A DNA stretch of 33,028 bases from Chiloscyllium plagiosum (taxonomy: Eukaryota), in NCBI RefSeq assembly GCF_004010195.1, contig NW_025215378.1, positions 72,650-105,677 on the forward strand. The letters run 5' to 3'. Below, piece by piece: positions 32,290 through 33,028 of this stretch. The translations under genes were made by a program, and so were the position numbers. Each line of letters begins with the position of its first letter. Position 1 is the first letter of the stretch. The notes under the pieces were generated by a model that saw nothing but the letters and a program-made list of their open reading frames with translations, made no database searches and was not told the origin of the DNA.

Positions 32290-32492
32290 GAAGGAAATGC
32301 AGAGGCTGGAAATCAGAAATCAAAATAGAGACTGATGGAAAAGCTCAGCAAGTCTGGCAGCATCTGTGGAGAGAAATCAGAGTTAACATTTCAGGTCCGG
32401 TTCTGAGGAAGGGTCACTCAATCGGAATCGTTAACTCTGATTTCTCTCCTCAGATGCTGCCTGACCCGCTGAGCTCTCCCAGCATTTTCTGG
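32290..32492. mobile_element. PLE-derived family C inverted pair
   Basis: GCTCAGCAAGTCTGGCAGCATCTGTGGAGAGAAATCAGAGTTAAC then GTTAACTCTGATTTCTCTCCTCAGATGCTGCCTGACCCGCTGAGC; centre GTT-CTGAGGA-AGGGTCAC. Confidence 0.82.
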
Positions 32493-32667
32493 ATTTGCTT
32501 CTGGCAATAGTGCAGGCTGAAGATTTAAACTCAGGAAGGAGAGCTGAGGCCACAGGAAAAACAGCTACTGCTGTTCTAAACAGCGACGCACACTGCAAGT
32601 GAATTACTTTCAAGTGACCTTTGCTATGCTTACGCTACAGATGCCACTTGCCTTTTGTAACAGAAAG

Positions 32668-33028
32668 CACTTGTCCACTCTTCATGTGGACACACTGGTT
32701 ACAAAGGCCCAATAACAACTCTCCTTCCTCAGGCAGCTGAGGAAATTTGTCCTGACGTCGAATCCCCTTGCCAACTTTTATAGGTGCGCCATCAAGAACA
32801 TTCTGTCTGGATGTATCACTACCTGGTGTGGCAGCTGTACCATTCAAGATCCGAGACGGTTACAGAGAGTGGTGAACTCGGCCCGGACAATCACAAAGAC
32901 CAACCTCCCATCTATAGGACCCATCTTCCAGGCCCACTGTCAAGGAAAGGCCACCAGCATTCTCAAAGATCCATCCCATCCTGACAATGTTTTTCTACAA
33001 CCTCTACCATCGGGGAGAAGGTACAGAA
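32668..33028 (+). mobile_element. Rex1/Babar-clade LINE, post-RT C-terminal fragment (runs off window)
   Basis: HVDTLVTKAQ*QLSFLRQLRKF..LANFYRCAIKNILSGCITTWCGSCTIQDPRRLQRVVNSARTITKTNLPSI..CQGKATSILKDPSHPDNVFLQPLPSGRRYR; the DPSHP..LPSGRRYR signature is typical of Rex1/Babar. Confidence 0.88.

Overview
Repeat-dominated, apparently non-coding eukaryotic DNA (intronic or intergenic) from a gapped assembly with three N-runs. The repeats resemble elasmobranch (shark/ray) families; this is recognition from memory, not a database result. They include many CR1-clade (HER1-like) LINE fragments, tRNA-derived HE1/V-SINE-like SINEs, Deu-domain SINE relics, a Rex1/Babar LINE fragment, Tigger-like MITE pieces, mini- and microsatellites, and many Penelope-like element (PLE) derivatives. 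No host protein-coding gene could be recognised, and the ORF-track entries I could interpret are retroelement fragments or low-complexity artefacts. The main signal is three sequence-divergent PLE-derived repeat families that each carry a minimal hammerhead-ribozyme core (CUGANGA / stem II / GAA / palindromic tetramer / H / stem I). Stem I, stem II and the palindrome covary between families. These units recur as head-to-head inverted pairs whose junctions mostly fall at the ribozyme core, and several sit inside other repeats with target-site duplications. Other signals are a 95-bp-arm foldback element, a palindrome-unit minisatellite with a nearby inverted copy, an interleaved CR1/MITE junction and several candidate enhancer-like motif clusters. 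Repeat boundaries were set by eye and are approximate.
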